Shown here one piece after another: positions 59,341 to 64,000 of a DNA stretch of 64,000 bases (positions are counted from its first letter, which is position 1; every line of letters starts with the position of its first letter). Below the pieces are notes generated by a model that worked only from the letters and a program-made list of their open reading frames with translations, had not been told where the DNA came from and did no database searches. This stretch comes from Marsupella aquatica (Eukaryota > Plantae > Marchantiophyta). Both the position numbers and the translations under genes were made by a program. The stretch is from the NCBI GenBank assembly GCA_973895155.1, contig OZ316894.1, positions 24,798,709-24,862,708 of the forward strand, in the 5' to 3' direction.

Positions 59341-60573
59341 GAATACCTAAATTTTGGTCCTAAATCTAGAGGTATCCTAAAAGTACAGTGTCAGCTACCT
59401 TTTGAGGTATGGTTAGTCAATAATCCTAGTTGAGTTAAGTTAACTCAACCTACAATTAAGGATTAACATACAAATGACACAATAGCGAGGTGAAAACATC
59501 TTGACCACAATTATTCCTAGTTGAAATGTTTCAACAAAGATTTGACCAATTCCATTGTGAGGCGCTAACGGTGAGCTCGGTTCAACATCATTCTTTGGTG
59601 CATCAATTCCATTGCGGCGGGGCGGGAACTACATTTGCAAGAGTGCCATTGACCTTGATTGAGTGGTGATTCTGCAGTGCATCAATGCTCTATTACCTAA
59701 AATATTAGCCTGCCTGTTTTTGGCTGAACTTCCGCTTTGTGGTGGGGGCCCAAAATGTCTCCAATTTTTTTTTCTGTGCATACAATTTTGCGTACATGAT
59801 TCTGTAAAATGCAGTGTACAATACTAAAGAGAGGGCGTTTGTAACAGTTCAGCTTTTGGGACCATACTCCTTTGGTCAAGGGCCTGGTTCAGGTAAGTGA
59901 TTGGCGAATTCCCCCCTCCCCCCAAATGCCTGTTTTTAGGTAAATGATTGGCTAATTTTGGCCCCAAAAAGTGGCTCCTCAGGAGGCTTCACTCTAGACA
60001 TGAGGGGTCACACGAAATAACTCGAAACAAGTTTTGATTAAGCTTTGATTAGTTGATTAAATATAGACAGATATAGACATAAGTAACGCCCTTCTAACTG
60101 GTGAAAAGAATGTCGCCGTTCGCTACGCGAGTAACGGCTTTCCTTGCTATTTTCCTTTCACAGACGAGTCATCAGACAAGCCCGATGAGAGAGTGAGAGG
60201 GAAGACGTTAAAATTAGGGCAACGACCTCGAGCTCCAGACTCCAGAGAGAGTGAAGGAGCTCGACTGAGACGACGAAGACCTCAGTGCATAGGCGAAACG
60301 AGCTCCAACGACGGGTCGGACGCGTCGCGGATGCGTACGAGGAGCAGGCTGGCAGGCAGGCAGAAGTGAGGCACCTCCTCCCGCTTTCGGCAGGCCGGGC
60401 GTCTGCAACGAGCTCGTCGGTCGTTCGTCTCCCGTCGCAGCACTTTCTTGCGGGGGGTTCTTTCTCCGTCAGGACGGACTGGTTGTGCCTCTGTTCTTTT
60501 TTTGGAGAACCGCTTCGTATTGAGACGCCCTCGTTTTCAAGCAGAAGCGGCGTAGCAGGAGTGCGTCGGCAAC

Positions 60574-62229
60574 ATGAAGCTCGTCAGGTGAGTGAAATCG
60601 GACGCGCGTTCCCGCTTCTTTTTCTTTCTTCGCACACTTTTCATTGGGTCGGATAATGCCAGACGGAACGCCTGTTCTGCTTTCAACGTGTACCCGGTGG
60701 AATTAGTGGCCGTTTGGTACACTGGGGCTGATGAAGGGATTGTCGCAACGGGCCTTTGAGAAGTAGTCATGTTGGTCGAGCTCGATAAATTCCTTGAGGC
60801 TTAGGGGTGATTACTTACCTTGACGACTGGGTCTTGGGGGACTGTTTTCGTTCGAGAAGGCTACATTGTGCGGAACAGGACGACTAAGTTTTCAGTGTGC
60901 CCAACTTGTTCTTTAGATGCGCTCTTAATTAGATTTTTGCATTTCAGGTTTTATGCGCTAATGATGTCATGACTTGAGAGGCATTGCTGGGAACCGGTCA
61001 GGATATCTACGTGACGTCTGAAGATGAGATGTCGGCCAATGCTGTTGTGACGGGTCCGTGTGTGCATGTGTGTAGGTTTTTGATGAAGCTGAACAACGAG
61101 ACTGTTTCCATTGAACTGAAGAATGGGACTATTGTTCATGGGACGATCACAGGTGTTTGTTAATACTCTTTTTCATCCCTGGTTGTGTGTTGCATTGTAG
61201 CTGTAGCGCTTCTTCCCGTAATTCCAAAATTTTGTGGACAAAATGCCCTAAATGTGCGGATGCCGCGAGATGACATAGTGTCTGGATTGGAGCTATCCTG
61301 ATGTTATGGTCTAGTGTTAGTTGTTCACGACAATTTGAGGAGGCAGTGATAAAATTGTGACCCTCTAGCTACTGTAGTGGCATTGTCATCAACGCTCAAG
61401 CTTGCAAGCCCTCTGTAACCTGGGTTCCCGCTCAAGAGCAGCAGCAACCTGATTCTTGACGCTATAGCTGGTGATAGGGTACTTGCCATTTTACTCAAAT
61501 AGTTCGTGGAACTATGTATTTTGCTTTACAATTGAGTATAAAGCGGTCTTGTCTGAGAGTTCCTACCAAAGATATACAATGAGCGGACTTTGTGTTGCGG
61601 CCTGGAATTGTTGCAAGGAGGGCAAAATTTAATTCTAACGAACTTACCGGATTTTGATGGCAGGTGTGGATATTAGTATGAACACTCATCTGAAGACAGT
61701 AAAACTTACCTTGAGGGGTAAGAACCCTGTTACCCTCGACCACCTCAGCATTCGCGGAAATAACATCCGCTATTATATCCTGCCGGATAGTCTGAATTTG
61801 GATACTCTTCTCGTAGACGATACGCCGCGGGTCAAGGCCAAGAAGCCTATTGCAGGTAGGATTCTCCTTACACCAGTGTACCCCCTCAATTATAAATATC
61901 TTTGGCAGTGTTCTGGACTATGTGCTCCTTTACTTCATTTTCGTCAGTACTTCATGCTTGGCAGTCCCGTATTGCCTGCCCAAGATTTCTAATTTCAGAT
62001 AGGTATCTCTAATAATTTTGTTTTCTGCTGTATTGTAAAAGCAACGTCCTTCCGTTCGAAGGAACTTACCGGACTAGAATAATTGTTTGCGAATATTATT
62101 GTCAGGAGTATGCCGTTAGTAGGTCAATTCAACATATATCAACCCTAAATTTCAATTCCACTTGCAGGAAAACCAGTGGGCAGGGGCAGGGGAAGAGGCA
62201 GAGGAAGAGGCCGTGGTCGTGGACGGTAG
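60574..62229 (+). CDS. SmD1: Small nuclear ribonucleoprotein SmD1 (114 aa, 4 exons)
   Basis: Exons 60574-60587, 61076-61152, 61664-61855 and 62168-62229 total 345 nt, all GT-AG. Protein [41 protein letters not shown]...[23 protein letters not shown]...GRGRGRGR*. Confidence 0.97.
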
Positions 62230-63529
62230 TTGCACCCGGACTGTTATTTTGTCTCGTGGGGAAGTTGTGATTTCTTGCTTAGCATCTCTTGTAGGGAATC
62301 TACTCATCGTTTTCCACATGGTAAGCTGGGTGAGTGCCACAGTGCAATTTACCGAGGCTCTTTTGTTTTCCAATCTTGAAGAACTTGAAACAGTAGTCTA
62401 CCAGTGGAACTCATTTCTGAGTGTTGAATGTGCACTGTTAACTGAAGCGGTGGAACGGATGCACGTGAGCTAGGTAATGGCTGAAGCTTTCTCTTCTCGT
62501 TTTTAGATCCAGCATGACCTCCCACTCAAATGTCTGAAAGTAGTGTGAAACTTTCGATTTTTATCAAGGAGAATGTGCCACCTGCGGAAGCACCGGCTGG
62601 GGGGATGAGTAAAGCACTAGTTGGATATCATCTGAGGCGTGTTTACTCCAATTGGCTGGTGCAAATGAGTATTGCAGATTTTGAGGTCATGCAGTCACAT
62701 GGTGAAGCCTGACAGCAGATTTGTGTCGGTTGCTTCGTAAGTAAGTTACAGGTGAAAATTTTGAAGTTTAGCTCAATCTGTTTAAGTGTTCAATGTAAAT
62801 GGTTTATTTTTCTTAAGCTGAAGTTTGCAGAGATTTGCCGATATGTGACTGGGACCGTCTACCCTCAATGTTTGGTAGTTACTCCTCACGACAACGAGGA
62901 ACTAAATATTTCAACGGTATGCTACTTCTCGGCCCCTCTGGCGGTGGATGGAAGAGAGTGCCTAAGTGTGTCAGACCTAGTTAACCATATTAGCGGCCGC
63001 TGGATGAGCGTTGACTGATGATAAAGGACCGTCTAAAGGATCCTTTGGAAGTGAAGTGAGAAACCGAAGTTTGACTTGAGCTCGAGAAGATCTATAGCAA
63101 TCGAGCAATCATATGCTTCATCCTACATCTGGAGTTACACTGAGTAAAGAAGTTTACGTAGTTGGCATTATTTCTGGCAGTAATGGCAGGGAACGTGTAG
63201 ATTCTGAATTCCTCTTTGTAAGGTAAGGGAAGTCAATATTTGAAACCCCCCAAACATAATCATACTAACAATACTTACACACCCGGTACAAGAATTTGAA
63301 ACTTTGTTGAAAGCGCACATGTAGTGTAAACATTAACATCGCCCGGATGGTAGAACCCTGTCCGATGGAAAACCTGAGAATATTTGGACTGAAAGACAGT
63401 TGGAAGCCTGAGTTTGGAAACCCTACGAAATCGATTTATGAACTCAATTGCGAGCACGGTTTAGAGTCTTGAAGCCTTGGAGCGTTTGTGGGTAACAACA
63501 TAGCCTGGGCTGATAGGATAACGAAGGAC

Positions 63530-63670
63530 CTACAGTACTGGATAATCTAGGGAACTGTTGTTCCAGCCTGGTATTTTGACAGGATTAAAAATTGCAAGTT
63601 TGATAAGTCCATCTTCGTAACGCTCTACACAACTGGAGGTCGAGTTCACTTCGTATGAGCCAGTTTCTGC
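63530..63670 (-). CDS. Probable terminal coding exon of an unidentified convergent gene extending beyond the window
   Basis: CAACAG| acceptor, then 46 codons AETGSYEV...EDGLIKLAIFNPVKIPGWNNSSLDYPVL*. A strong minus-strand donor GTAAGT at 63278 suggests a 3' UTR intron. Confidence 0.35.
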   Translation of the reverse strand, partial: AETGSYEVNSTSSCVERYEDGLIKLAIFNPVKIPGWNNSSLDYPVL

Positions 63671-64000
63671 CTGTTGTGAATCAATTACTCGTTCTGGGCA
63701 ATGATGGGACCTGCGGATTGTAGATGTGAAGCACGTAGATGTGTGCTTGTAGGTGATGTTTGGATGGTCCCCAGAAGGTGGCGACCATCAACCCAGATCA
63801 TTGCTATTCCAGCGAATCGTTTGTTCTGGTATGCGTTACTGCTGGGGAAAATGCTTACTATGGTGGTTCACAAGCAACTGCAGTCACACTCATTGCTTTG
63901 CATTCAGGCTTGATTGTTTCCAGTAGCTGTGCCATCCAAACCTGTGAAATCTGGGATTGCAGTCTGCACCAGTAGGTTAGTGTTTTGGGTAGCAAGCCCA

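Noticed and set aside
60811-60835. U1 snRNA gene
   Set aside because: Only the first ~15 nt resemble U1; no recognisable stem-loops or Sm site follow. Kept instead as an antisense element to the SmD1 donor.
60960-61021. Intronic box C/D snoRNA (ATGATGT...CTGA)
   Set aside because: The C box is imperfect, there is no terminal stem and I recognise no rRNA guide.
63461-63529. Minus-strand frame ending in SRL* (peroxisomal PTS1) via an acceptor at the TAG
   Set aside because: Short frame, weak pyrimidine tract and no supporting evidence; likely chance.

Overview
Eukaryotic nuclear DNA from a non-seed land plant, probably a bryophyte. This rests on spliceosomal introns, plant-type genes and a probable centriole/flagellar Sfi1/CCDC191-like gene. 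Host genes sit at both ends. On the left (minus strand) are the CCDC191/Sfi1-like gene, an At1g67190-type F-box/LRR gene with a single 1-nt frameshift, and a PQBP1-like WW-domain splicing factor. On the right are SmD1 and the probable tail of a convergent gene. Between them lies a ~40-kb transposon island that can largely be disassembled by hand. A probable LTR-retroelement segment is split by a Helitron (20915-48068, minus). The Helitron RepHel gene is interrupted by a 287-bp MITE and by an 18,957-bp CACTA element (26847-45803, 17-bp TIRs, ATT target duplication). Besides TnpD and TnpA, the CACTA carries an RPL18a last exon with its intron acceptor, a Cys-rich ORF, an EDM2-like multi-PHD ORF and a tandem Pol-lambda-like BRCT ORF. 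The PHD/BRCT cassette is the best candidate for an undescribed system: a transposon-borne chromatin reader plus DNA-repair adaptor. Other notable items are an element in SmD1 intron 1 complementary to its own 5' splice site, two MITEs with CTCGGGGG ends and a dispersed short hairpin family. All family calls come from motif recognition and recall; no database search was run.
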